Shown here piece after piece: positions 39,500-57,346 of a stretch of 64,000 nt of DNA. The stretch comes from the human T2T-CHM13v2.0 reference genome, Homo sapiens. Position 1 is the first letter of the stretch; the number at the start of each line of letters is the position of its first letter. The notes under the pieces were generated by a model. It saw only the letters and a program-made list of their open reading frames with translations, did not search any database and was not told the DNA's origin. Location: assembly GCF_009914755.1 (NCBI RefSeq), contig NC_060927.1; one strand, written 5' to 3'. A program made the translations under genes and the position numbers.

Positions 39500-40700
39500 C
39501 ACGCGTCGTCCTCGTCCCATCAGTCCCATCTGCCACAGCTGCCCACTCTGCTTCCCAGGGAACGGGTGACCGCGCGGGGAGAGAGCGGCATCCGGGCGCG
39601 AGGTGCGAGGCCCAGGTCTGCGGGCGGCCGGGCCAAGCCCCCGAGCCTCGGCGGTGCTGATTGGCCGGCCTGGCGGGGGGGACGGGCGGAGGGACGGCCG
39701 CCCGCGCGTCCGCTTCGTCTCCGCGGGGGCGCGCCCGCGGCACGCGGCCGGGCGGGGCCGGGCGTGAGTGACGGCCATGCGGACCAATGGGGCGGGCGCG
39801 CGCCGCCGCCGCCGCCCGCGCGGCCCCTGACGCGGGCCCGGGCGCCGCGCCGCTGCGGCTGCAGGCGGCGACGGCTACACCATGGGCCGGCTGCTGCGGG
39901 CCGCCCGGCTGCCGCCGCTGCTTTCGCCGCTGCTGCTTCTGCTGGTTGGGGGTGAGTGCGCTCCGGGCCCGAGCGCGGGAGGGCGGGCGGCGGCGTGGGC
40001 GCGGTGCTGGACAGCTCCCCGGGCCGCCAACAAAGGGGCCAGAGTGCGGCGCCGCCGGGAGCGCGCGTGTCCCGGCCGGGCCGCGGCGCCGCCCCGACAC
40101 ACGCGCACGAGGAGTGGGTGCGTGGGGGCCGCGGCGGGCGCCTGGCGTGCCGGGCGACCCCCGACAAAGGCGCGGCGGTGAAGCTGGGACACAGCACCGT
40201 GGCCCCCACGCCGCGGCTCTCAGGGGCAGGTGCGCAGGCTGCTGCCTCGCGGGCCGGGGGGGCGCGCACGTGTGGGTGTGCATGTGTGTGCGTGTGCTTG
40301 TGTGTGTGCGAGTGCATTGTGTGCCTGCGCACTCGGGGGAAGAGGCGTGTGTGACAGCCACGCGGGGAGGAGGCCGCATTGTGAAGGTCCCAGGGGCCGC
40401 CTGCGGAGTGTGGGGCGGGTACGCTGAGGCGCGGGTGGCTGTTTACGCGTGGCGTTGCCGGGAGGGAGTGTGAGTGTGTCACGGTGAATGGGTATTCTCT
40501 CCTGTTCTGGGCGACTCTATTAGGAGCTGACAAAAACGGGCGTACAGCCACGGAAGGCCCGTGACAGCACACGGCGGGAGGCTCCCACGCAGCTCACACA
40601 CGAGGGAGGTGTGAGACTCAGATGTGTGGTTTCCATTCAGCAGCCACGCCGGGCGGCGGGCTGTGTGGGTGCGTGGCGGGCTGGGGGTGTGGCACAGGTG
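39500..40700 (+). promoter_or_regulatory. PODXL2: PODXL2 CpG island / promoter
   Basis: Extreme GC/CpG content; inverted CCAAT at ~39660 and CCAAT at 39784-39788; multiple GGGCGG boxes. Confidence 0.9.
39882..39951 (+). CDS. PODXL2: PODXL2 (endoglycan) exon 1, signal peptide
   Basis: Kozak ACCATGG; MGRLLRAARLPPLLSPLLLLLVG; donor G|gtgagt. Confidence 0.95.
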
Positions 40701-43700
40701 TGAAAGGGATGTGTCTGCCTGAGAGAGAAAGAGACGGGCCTCCTGATGGCTTCCAGCGCAGACGGGGATTTAGTGGAGGGGGTGTGTAGGGAGGTGGGCA
40801 TGGGGTGTGACAGCCCATGAGGCAGGCGGCCACTATGGAAATGGCGGGGAGAAGGGCTGTCTGCAAAGGTGGGTCAAATAAGGTCATAGCTGAGCAGCTC
40901 CTGCACACACTGGCAGAGCAGAGGGAGTGTGTTACGGTGTATGTTAAGGTGTGACTGGTGCTGCTGGAGGAATACCCGGATGAGGAAGTGTGCATGTGTG
41001 CCTGTGCACACTCATCAGCCAGCTGTAACTTCACTTCTGATGCACACGTCAAAATAGCGTCCTAGTATGATGTGTGTATGTGCATGTAGGAGTGTGTATG
41101 TGCATGTAGGAGTGTGCACAGGACATTTCCCACGCAGCTGGCCCATGAAGACACAGGCACTTTGTGTCCAGATGTGTGTGAGTGAAAGAGAAACTAGTGA
41201 AGGGTCTCTATGGGAAGGGAGGAACAGTCTTTGCCTGAGGTGGGCCATGAACCTGGGACTCAGAGTGGCAGAATCCCAGGGTAAATGGCTGGGAGGGGAA
41301 AGTGGTCCCTCGCACATTCCTGTGCATGTCATGGGAAGGCTCAGTTCAGGGAGGGTACATTTTCTCCACAGTCAGTCTAGGGATGAAGAAAGGCCCTAGG
41401 TGGTGTGCACAGAAAAACATGTCCATCAGTGTTGGCTCAGACACTCACACAAACCCACCTGTATTCTTTCACGCCGTAAATCCTCTTTGGAAAAAGGCGA
41501 CATTCAATAAATAAACATCAATTGATTGGTCTGCTATTTCTTTGTGTGACAGTCATAAACCAGAACTGGCCAGCAACGTCCTCATGGACCCAGGCCCAGC
41601 TGTAACTGCCCATGTGCTTATGTGACCAGCTGTGAGGACTGCAGGCAGCCTGCCTCCCGGCTCCTCTCTCCCGTGCATGCTCTTCATGACGCACTTCTTA
41701 CCCCCTGCTTGGAGGGCATGTGCGTGTGTCTAGCAGTGTGTCTCTTTCTTACACACCTTTGTGTGGAAGCCCTTCAGGGACCTGTCAGCATTGTTTCTCA
41801 GGTGCTTACAGAGTGGAGGTAGCGTGACTGTGCTCAGCAGTTCCTGTTGTCGCTGACACTTAAGGGTGAGGAGCTGTGTGACAGATGCTGCAGGGCCCCT
41901 CCCATGTTGGTGTCTGCCAAGAGCTTAGGGAGACTGGACTTCAAAGACCCTGCTTAGGGGAGAGGTGGGGTGTAGCTGATGGTGGAAATCAGAAAGGAGT
42001 TTTGCACCGGGAGCAGATCACAGGGACTGATTTGAAAAGGTAAGATAAAACATGAGGATCGCTGGGGTCTTGTTTTTTTCACCTCCCCAAATGTCAGCCT
42101 GCTTCCTTTGCCTCCTTCTGTGTTTGTTTGGGTCAGATTTTCATTTCTTTGAGGCTGATCCCCTAATCCTTTTCATGTGCCATCTTTTTCTCTCTCCTCT
42201 GTTGGGTGTGATGATGTAACAGAAAATTATAGGTGCTAGAGGGAAAAAGGAAATCAATCACACGCAGAGTGTAATTCTGAAATTTTAAGTCAGGTGGGGT
42301 CTCAATTAAGGCAGATTAATTATTAAGTGCAAAACTAATTATACACAGAATGGCTATGTCTCAGCTACTATTTTGGTGTCATCTTATGGTGGGCAAGTTT
42401 GAAAATAAGTAACCTCTTGTAATTACTTAAATAAATACCCATTGCCAAGGCCTTTGAAAATATCAAGTTCTATGTAAAGACAAAACAGTCATTAGAGGGA
42501 AAAATAACTTTAAGAAAATGAAACTGTTTACTGGAAAAGGAATGAAAAACCGGGAAAATACCAGATTCCTTTTTCTTCAGTAGGGTTTTCAAAATCTTTG
42601 CCAATTCCTATTAGACCATTGGGAAGGGAAGACAAAGAAGGAAAGGGAGAGATGTTAGAGGAAGGTTATGGGTTCCTGGCTTGACAGGTGGGAGAGCTCA
42701 GAGAGGTGGGGGCTCACTGGAGCCATGGAAATGACAGGGAAGGGGCCTAGCAAACACACCAGACCACAGTACTGTGCACAGACAGCTGGACTGACTAGAA
42801 AGTGTTTTATCCCCCAGAGTGGGGAAGGAAACAGGCTCCTCTGGGCACAATGACCTGGAGAGGGCAGAGCAGTCTTCTTGAGTTCCAAGCCATTCCGAGG
42901 AGCCAGAGTAGGGTGTAGACGGCAGCAGCCTCCCCGCCTGCCATGCCACAGCCTCTCCCTGCCATGCCACAGTTCAGCTCCGAGAGAGAGTGCCAAGGTT
43001 TGAGAGACAACCCGTGTTTAATCCTTCAGTGGTTTTGTAGAGAGTGAATTTCAAAATTCTTAGGGAGAATCAGTTTACACTTTTCTAACAAGGCTGAAGT
43101 AATATCTTTCCCAGCATACCTGCTGGAGGTTGGAGCATGCAGATACAGATCTCCAGTTCATGGCCCTCTCAAAGGCAGGCTGCCCGGGTGCCCCGGGAAC
43201 CTATACAATGTGTATTATTTAATTATTATAAACATTTTCCATCAGTTGACTTTTTTCTTCCTGGAATGCATGAATGAGTTTTTCCAGATTTGTTTCTTGT
43301 ATTTTGGCTCTCTGCCAGCCCTGGGGATACTGCTTTTGCAAAGCAGTCTGCTACATCGGCTCATATCCCCTAAAGAACTTAGGGTTCCACTTCCCAAGAG
43401 TTTGTAATTTTCCTGAGGGCAAAGCCTGTCTCTTGTTCATCTGTCTCTTGTTGCACCTCCAGGAAGGGCCTAACACACTGTTTGGCACAGAATAGGAGCT
43501 CAGGAGTGACTGTATTTTTCTTTGTAATCGAGAGTCTAATAGAAATTTTACCTCTAATAAGAGCACAGCCCACCTGAAACCAAAGTTCAATTATAATTGG
43601 ATCACATCTGATTGGCAGTACTACATGATTCTGATTCACTTTTCAAAAATTAGAAAATAACTATTAAATAAGTACAGTTTATAGATGAAACATTTCCAAA

Positions 43701-44026
43701 CACAGGGGCCACATGCAAATGTAAATAAAGGGATTCTTGCTTGTGAAACATTGGGAATCACTTTACTAATTTGGTCTTTTTCAAGAGAAGAGATTCCTTC
43801 AATTGATTGGATTGGTTGTGGGGACCCTGGGCAGAGTGTTTGGAAAGGGGTATCTTCTAGTTTTTAGCTCTGGCTTCTTTCCCTGGCCCTTAAAGCACAT
43901 GAAATATTTAAGCTGTTTTACATATTCTCTTCCTTCACGTATCCTTTGGAGGAAGGAAGGTACCCAGCCCCACAAGTAATAGCTTTCCATTCTTCTTCCT
44001 GGAGCATCCACAAGATGTTTTTGTGG

Positions 44027-44130
44027 GGGAGAAACCAGCTAATTTCAGCTCCTCTATTAACTAGCTGTTTGACCTTAATCCCACTAGGCCTCAGTTATTT
44101 CATTTGTAAAACAAGAGGGTTGGATTACAA

Positions 44131-44162
<32 letters not shown>

Positions 44163-44262
44163 GGAGAAACCAGCTAATTTCAGCTCCTCTATTAACTAGC
44201 TGTTTGACCTTAATCCCACCAGGCCTCAGTTATTTCATTTGTAAAACAAGAGGGTTGGATTA
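44027..44262. repeat. 101-bp direct duplication (MIR-derived) separated by (TG)14
   Basis: 44027-44127 vs 44162-44262 differ at 1 base; TG repeat at 44135-44162. Confidence 0.95.
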
Positions 44263-44804
44263 GACTACTAATTATTTATTCAAACCTTTATTGTGTCCCC
44301 ATCATGTGTAAAAGGTTGTGCTAGGCACTGGAATTACAGGGTGGAATTGAAACAAGGGACTCCTCATTTACAATGGAGGCTGTATGAAGGTCTCTTACAA
44401 TTTGGTGAGAAAAGTGGCGTGACAGTAGTTTGTTGAGAAGGCTGTGATAGAGAGGAGTGGTGTCTCATCCAGACTTGGAGTGGCCACAGAAAGCTTCTCG
44501 GAAGCTGAGACTGCAGGCAGGAGTGAGAATTAGCAGGTGGGTGGTGGGACAGGACAGAGATGGGGAGATACGGATGTTCAAGCAGAAGAGCATATGCAAA
44601 GACCCAGAAGGCAAAAGAGGCGGCTGTGTTCTGGAAATTGCAGGTAGTCAGTTTGTCTGAAGCGTAGAGTATGATTGGGGAAGGTGGGTGCAGAGAGGGG
44701 AGGGGAGGTAATGGTCAGTTTATGAGAGCCTTCTCGCCTTTTCAAAGGATCTGACCTGTATGATAGAATGATAGAACCAGATTTGCATTTTAAAAAGACC
44801 TCTC

Positions 44805-45466
<662 letters not shown>

Positions 45467-46197
45467 TCAGTCACACCTACTGTGTCAGAAGACTCGGGTG
45501 ACTCACACACATTTCAGTCTGAGAAGCGCTGATTAGAGGGCAGTGTTCGGGACAGATGAGTGCAGGGGGAATTGCTAGGGGTTCGTAAAAGAGCTCTCTT
45601 TTTCTTCCAGCGGTGAAGCACTATGAGGACTGTAATTCTAATGGAGGCGTCTCTCATGTCTACACATCTATGTTTCTGTATCGTCTCTGCTGTTTTGCTT
45701 TATCGTGAAGTGTGGGGCATTTCGGCCATGTGCCCCCCTGAGTGGCATGGTTGTCTACCCTAGAGAAAGGGAAACTGAACACATGTTCCTGAGATCCCGG
45801 TATTGTTATTTCCTCCAGCCTCCTTTCTCCTTCACAGTGTACTGAGCACAGTTAGTACAGTGCCATGAGCAGTTCTGTTAGTAGCTACCTTTGAGATCTC
45901 TCTCCCTGCCCTACTAACCCTGTGGCTCAAACAGAGTTATATGGTCACTGTTACACTATTCCATAATGATTTGTTTTCTTGCTGGTCTCTGTAGTAGAAA
46001 CTGACCCTTTTGGGGCAGGGACCCTATCTTTCTTATTTCTGTACCAACATAGCCTTGGATCATGCCTAGTCCAAATAAGCATTTAATAAAGGCTTTTTGG
46101 TTGAAGAATGAATGAATGGATGGATGAATGAATGGAATTTAACCATTCAAACACTACTCTGATCCAAAAGGAGAACTTGATTTATAATTTGTCTTAA

Positions 46198-46870
46198 TGT
46201 ATCATTTGGCTATTTCTGTGTAATAAATCACCCCAAAATTTAGTGGTTTCAGATTCTCAGTTCTTAAGATCTGATCCCTGGACAGAAGCATCACCTGGGA
46301 ACTTGCTAGAAATGCAAATTGTTGGGCCCCGTCACAGACCAGCTGGATTCAGAACTCTAGGGTGGGCTTAACAGTCTCTGTTTTAACAAGCCCTCATGGT
46401 GATTCCATGCTGGTTCAAGTTTGAAAGCACTGGATTAAAACGGTAGCCATTTATTTAGCTCATGATTCTGTAGTTTGGCAATTTAGGCTGCAGTCAGCTG
46501 GGTGGTTCTGGTCTCAGCTGAACTCCTTCAAGTTTGTCATCAGCTGTTTATCACCTTTGCTGGTCTTGTCTGGCTCTCTCACTTTGGGACTTCAGCTAGG
46601 ACACTGAGCTGATCTGGCTCTCTTCTGCATGGGCTCCTGTTTTCCTGCAGGCTAGCCTTGAGCAGAATCCTGAGAGAATGGAAGCGTGCAAGGTATCTTG
46701 ATGCCTAGCCTTGGAAATGGCACATCATCACTTCTGCATTGTCTTGTGTAGCAACTCACAAAGGTAGCTCAGATTCAAGGAGTGGAGAATTAGATTTCAT
46801 CTCTTGATGGGAGGAGCTACAAAGTCTCATTGCAAAGATGTGTGTTATTAATTGGGAGTCATTGGATAAC
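46198..46870 (-). mobile_element. MLT1 MaLR LTR with an inserted MER5A DNA transposon (~46250-46433)
   Basis: TAATAAATCACCCCAAAATTTAGTGG...CATTTATTTAGCTCATGATTCTG; MER5A core CACCTGGGAACTTGCTAGAAATGCAAATT. Confidence 0.65.
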
Positions 46871-47325
46871 CCCTCTCAGGAAGAACCTTAAGAAGGTACT
46901 GTTTTGGGGTAGGACAGGGCACTCTGTTTCTTTCCCATCTACCTAGTAGGGGATAGATACTGCTTTCTTCTATAATATTCGGGCTAGGAAAAAATCCAAG
47001 AGTAGCTTAGGGTCCCCCCGTGATGTGAAGGGGAATTAGAGTGGAAGAGGTCATGGGAAAGTCTTGAGCTAGAGAGAGTACAAGTCCTTAATTCATCCTC
47101 TCCCAGGAACAAAGGGGAACTTCAAGGGGAGTGGACCCCAAATTGATTGTCTTGGCTTTCTCTGCCTTTTAAATACCTTTGGCTCAAAGAAACCACAAAA
47201 TATGAGATGGCTGTTTCTCTCTTTGAGTCAGGGATTCAGACACAGGCTCTGGGAACATGACTTCAGCTTCGTGGAGCCAGGCCCTGCCTGGAAGCAGAAT
47301 CTTTGTCCGTGGACATGGTGCCTAG

Positions 47326-47783
<458 letters not shown>

Positions 47784-49092
47784 CCATCCTCTAGTTATGA
47801 TGATACTTTCTAAAGCTGAGAGTTGGGCCTGTGAATTATCTTATTGAGAGACAGAGCTTCACGGGATCTTAGAGGTTGGCACAGACGTTTACTAGCCCTG
47901 GTCAGATGCTAAGGCTCTGATGCCTCCTTAGCCCCGGCGTTGGCTTTGAGGCCATGTAGAATCACTCTGATATTCTTATTCACATCAACCTTTTGTTTTA
48001 ATGTATTTGAAGATACCATGGTCTCTTTTAAATATTTTTTTCCCCGGGCCATGAACTTCACAGGTCTCTGTTTTTTATATAGGATAATAACACAATATTT
48101 GTAGAATAGTTTGGTTTGTAAAGCTCTTTGTAGAGCAGCTTTCACACATGGCTCACCAATTACCTCATTTGGTGCCCCTCACACTGGAGGCATGGTAGGA
48201 ATTGGTGTCCTTATTACACAGAGGAGGAGAGCAAGGCTGGTGGTGGTGAAGTCACTCAGCCAGAGAAGCCAGAGTGTAACCTATTTCCTGGTACCAGGCT
48301 TTCTCTCCTGTTATATAGAACATCTTCCTGTCTCTGACCTCAGGGCGTCTCTCTTACCCTGGAGTCTCTACTTCCCATCCCCCATCCACACAACCCAGAA
48401 TACACCCCTGTGGCTGGATGTGGCATTATTGGCTGTGAGTTGTCTGGCTGCTGCACAGTGTGCACAGACTCCCTCATACGGAGACTCACAGGACAGTCTG
48501 AAATGCTCATTTTTTTCAGTGGCCAGTCACAGTATTGGCACGTATCAAGCTTAGGGCCTGCTCAGCAAAGCACATGGCACCAATAATATTAGCCCTATTT
48601 TTATTATAAGCATCACTAAAAATTGCCATGTACTGTAGTCAAGTCAGGTCACAGTACACATCTGGTGTAGAGCAAGAGGAAGACTGTGAAATTCCCTCTT
48701 CCCTAGATCCTTAAGTGTTAGTCTTGGAAAAGAATTCAGAGGTCATTTCATTTAGCTTCCTTGTCTATCTGGTGAGGAGACTGAGACCCAGAGGTCTTGA
48801 GCAGCTTTCCAGGAGCCTCACAGCAAGTTAGTAATTTGTGTGGTTAGGTCATTAAGTTAGAGGTTAAGTTGTGAAACTGGCAAATAGGGCTATATTCCTG
48901 TCCTTAAAGAATGAGAGTGAAAGAAGAGGAAAAAGGCCTCCTTTAATTTGTTTTCCTGTCCATTTATTTGCTTGTTTTGGTAAATTAGGAGAGAGAGAGA
49001 ATCCAAGATTCTAAACAAATATGTCAAATTACCAGCACTGGGTTGAGTTTGAACTGTGACCTCACGTGGTTTTTTAAAAGACTACGTTCAGA

Positions 49093-49400
<308 letters not shown>

Positions 49401-49904
49401 AAGACTATGTTCAGGATACTGTATTGCTGAAATACAAATGATATTCATAATGCAGTTTTGGAGAAATTTCAGCCAAGGATGGAAGCCTGGGGAACACTGT
49501 GTTCGTCCAATCATACTGCTAGGTCCTTAAAAGCATGGGCCCTGTCTTCACTTCAGTTTGTAGCTCCAACACCCAGTACAATTGCCAACAGAGAGAGGGT
49601 ACTCAGGAGGCATTTTCTGAGTGACCACATGCGCAGTGGAACACTGACTCAGTGATTCCTCTCTCTCCCCTGCCTGTCTCCATCTGTCTCCCCTTGCCCC
49701 TGCCATAGGGAAGTCTAAGCAATTTGGCCTTTTTGAAATGAAAATAGTGTCTCAGAATCCCCGCAAAGCCTCTGGGTTTTCAGGAGTGTCCACTGAAGTC
49801 CCCCCTTCCCCAGGACCTTTGTCATTTGAGACATGCTCTAACCTGGCACCAGTCTTGTGTCTTCTCTAGCCTCCCCTGACTGTCTGGCTTTTATGTCTGC
49901 ACAG

Positions 49905-50183
49905 GAGCGTTCCTGGGTGCCTGTGTGGCTGGGTCTGATGAGCCTGGCCCAGAGGGCCTCACCTCCACCTCCCTGCTAGACCTCCTGCTGCCCACTGGCT
50001 TGGAGCCACTGGACTCAGAGGAGCCTAGTGAGACCATGGGCCTGGGAGCTGGGCTGGGAGCCCCTGGCTCAGGCTTCCCCAGCGAAGAGAATGAAGAGTC
50101 TCGGATTCTGCAGCCACCACAGTACTTCTGGGAAGAGGAGGAAGAGCTGAATGACTCAAGTCTGGACCTGGGACCCACTGCAG
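49905..50183 (+). CDS. PODXL2: PODXL2 exon 2 (end of signal peptide, acidic N-terminal domain)
   Basis: cag|GAGCGTTC...GCAG|gtagct; AFLGACVAGSDEPGPEG...GSG(S79)...QYFWEEEEELNDSS; 279 nt, phase 1-1. Confidence 0.95.
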
Positions 50184-51078
50184 GTAGCTCTTCTTACCTA
50201 CAGAGCATGTGTTGAGTGCCAGCCAAGTGTCTAGGCAAAACACCAGGTGACCATTTCCTTGCCAGAAGCATCTCTTCTCTCTCCCTACAGTTTTTACCAT
50301 GCTGCTGCTGTTTACCTGCACATCAGAGCAAAGGCTCTGGGACCCTGAATGTCTCACAGGCCCAGGAGGCCCTTTCTCTTTAATACTAACCACTGTTTAG
50401 GGAGCCTTTATTCTGTGCTCATTTAATTCAATCTGATGCTTATAACCTGAGAGATAAGTAATATGACCCCCCTTGTAGACAAGAAAACACTGAGACTGAG
50501 AGGTTAAAAGCTGGCCTGAGGTCAAACAGCAGCTCAGATGCTCAGTCATGATTCAGACCTATGGCTTTCCAAGCCCTGGGGCTCATTGTTTTGTTTTTCC
50601 CTACTGCTCTATGCTGTCTCTGTTGAAGATTGCCACAAGGTCAGCTGATCCATGTTTCCTTGAGTCTATCCGACCAGCAATTGAGGCATTCTAACCGCCC
50701 TTCCCTCAGTCATGCACCAGAGCTAGAGCTGGTGTTTGGATCTACAGAGCCCAGCTGGTGAACATTTGGGTCCCGAAGAAAGCCCGAGGCCTAGGGCTCC
50801 AGGTTTGAATGCCCACCGCCATGAGCTGACATTGATACAGATGCAGGCATGGCCCCTCCACCAATGTCCTGGGCCAGCAGGGCCCCATCTCTTAGTAGGG
50901 ACTGAGGAATTGGTGTGATTGTGTGTGCACATGGGGCAAGGTGTTACAGAACTTAACCTTTAATTTTTCTTTTTAAAATAGGTAATATTTATTGGATTTA
51001 CCTTTTCTAATTATAAAAGAACACATGAACATTGTAGAAAATCTAAAACACACAAAAATAATACAAAGAAGAAAATAA

Positions 51079-52980
<1,902 letters not shown>

Positions 52981-53788
52981 TCAGCATCCCACGCGGAAAC
53001 AGAAGACACAATCAAATTAAAACAATCTAAGGAGAGTTTGTTTATGAAGCAGCAGATTTATGAAGGTATGGGCTGGATACAGGTGAACTACCAAAGGACT
53101 CACAAGTCCTTTGGCTAAGGATCTGTGGCTAGCAACAGCTGAGTGCTTACCATCTCTAGGCACAGTGAGACCAGGGAAGGGATGAAGATGGGAGCCTGCA
53201 GGGAAAGTGGTGTAGAGAGGTGGCCAGATATGGGAGGAGACGAAGAGAATGAACGCCGCACCCCCCACCAAGTGTTCTCTCTTTCCCTTGTCAGTTTGAT
53301 AGGAAAAATTATAATGGCCTTTGATTACTAGTATATTTTAACTCATATATGTACAAAACATATATGTACGTTCATTATATACAGAATATGTGTATTCTAT
53401 AGAATATACATATACACAAAAATAGTGACCACTTATCACTCTTCTTTTTTATTTGAAGCACAGTGTAGTTAAGAGAACAGGCTTTGGAGTCAGGAAGGCT
53501 CCAGTGCTGTCATTTAACAGTGATGCAATTTTTGGCGAGTAACTAACCCTAAGCCTCAGTTTCCCATCTAGGAAATGGAGATAATTATATACCTACCTCA
53601 CAGGGTTGTGAGGTTCACACACCATCATACATTTCGAGCACTCAGCTCAGTGCTTGGCACATTGTTAAGTGCTCTGTGACTATTAGCTATTATTATTACT
53701 TTCCTGTTTTTTTCTATTGAGTCTTTAATTTTTTCTTATCCCTGTACAAATCTGAAAAAGGATACTAACTTTCCTCTGACATACGTAG

Positions 53789-55067
<1,279 letters not shown>

Positions 55068-55470
55068 AAGGAATGATTTAAACAAACTTTTACATTGTAC
55101 CAGACAATTATTGGGTCTTTTTCTGGCCTTTCCCTTTTGTTGAGACTATTGAGCGTCTAGTGTGAGGTAAGCAGTCACGCAGAGAGCATTGGCCTCAGGA
55201 CCACAGTGGAGGGCCCTGAAGCCTTGATGAGCTCGATTTGTTGTCCTCCCCCCTCCCCAGGGGATTCGTTTCCCTTTCTTTTTCTTTCAGTTCATGTCTC
55301 TTCCTCTCCCATTTCCTTCCCTAGGTCTCATAAGAATAAAAATAGCTCTCATTCATTGAATACCGGCTATGCATAGGCCTTTGCCTCGATTGTCTCTAGT
55401 CCTCACCACAGCTGCATACAGCTTGGCTGTGAGGTGGAGATACCAATCACCCTACCCAGGATGGGCAGAA

Positions 55471-55553
55471 GGCTAGGGAGGTGCAGGGAGGAGGCCAGGA
55501 GGCAGAGGAGGTGCAGGGAGGAGGCCAGGAGGCCAGGCAGGTGCAGGGAGGAG
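55471..55553. repeat. Purine-rich 30-bp minisatellite, ~2.8 copies
   Basis: AGGTGCAGGGAGGAG recurs with period 30. Confidence 0.85.
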
Positions 55554-57049
55554 AGTTGCTTCAGTCCTGTCCCTCATTGCTCCTCTCTTGACCTGTCCCC
55601 TCGCCTTACGTTTCCTCAGGTCAATCTCTTCTCTGTACTACCTGACCATGATCCTGTGAAAAAACTGGAGTTGCCCATCTTCTTCTCAAACAAACTAGCA
55701 AACAAACCCCTTCTCAAACCCCAAAGCCCACAGGTTAAAGGCTGAACTTATTAGCATGGCAGAAAATGCTCTTGATAGTCCGGCCCCAGCCTTCCCCAGC
55801 CTCTTCTCCTTCCTTGCTCCAGCATGCATCTGATTAGCTCATCATCAGCTTGTTCTCTTCCTTGCTTGGCAGAGTTGAACTGAGGCATGGGGAAGTAGGG
55901 TGCTTTGCCCAAGGACACATTGCTTGGATGTAATGGAGCTGGATCTAGAGTCAGTGTCTTCTCACTGACAACAGCCTGGCCTATTCCCTAAGCCTGTGAT
56001 GCACTTGTTCCTCTTGTCCCATCTGCTGGGAAGCTCTTCTCCATCCTGATGTGCTAGTGGATATGTATTCGTCCTTGAGTACCTAGCTCAAGAGGACTAG
56101 CTTCAAGAGGCTTTTGCCAGCTCTGACCAATGAGCAGGACCAGTGCACGTGGTTATGCTGGTGGTGCCCTGTCCGGGGCTCCTGACCGAGCATGGGAGTT
56201 GGAGCTGAAGTCCAGCATACACCCTGCCAACCAGGCCATGGGCTGGGTGGGAGGAGCACCTTTTTCTAATTCATTTGCCCAGAGGGGACATCTCCGTGTA
56301 CTGGCAGTGGCCCTGAAATCAGGCTAGTGACCCCTGCTTCTGTTTTCTTGCAGCACCTTGATGGCATATGATTAGGACATGACAGAAGAGAAAGTGGCTA
56401 AGGTGGCAGGCTGACAGCGAATAGTCAGGCTGGTGTAGGAGGCAGCCCAGGGGACAGTGGCGTGCCCTACCCCCCTATTCTTGTCTGCTCTTGTGCCCCG
56501 GAGCCACAGGCTTCTGTCTAGGGGTTCTTGGGGAGAAGGAGGTGGATCACCTCTTGGGGGTTGGAGGAGTCAAAAGAACCTTGAGAGGGCATGCCTGGGT
56601 TGGGAGTCCTGCAGAGTCCAGATTGACTGTGCCAAGTGCTATCCTAACATGGCCATTAGGGACATTGAACTCCATGCAGCAGTAGCAGGGACTGCTGAAA
56701 ACCATGCTGCAGACAGGCCAATCTCAGATCAAGTACAAGTACATCAATCAATGTATTCAACACCCAGTATGTGCCCAGCACTATGTTAGGGGTTGTGGGT
56801 TCTCATTTAACGTCCACTGAAAAATGTAAGTATATATTCTTACTTCCATTTAGCTGATAAGCAAACCTGAGGCTTAGGGAGTTTGAATTTACAGCCCAGC
56901 AAGTAAATGTAAGAATCAGGATTCAAACCCAAGTTATTAGACTCCAAAGCCTCTCTGCCCTGTCATGTCACCTCTCAGCACAGTGATTTTGCTGGAGACT
57001 AGCACTAATGTCATATTCTATGTGGTACTTATCACCATTTTTCCATAGA

Positions 57050-57346
<297 letters not shown>

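Noticed and set aside
39342-40572. 345/350-aa antisense ORFs and a 228-aa ORF from ATG 39787
   Set aside because: CpG-island artefacts; ATG 39787 overlaps the CCAAT box and so probably lies upstream of the TSS
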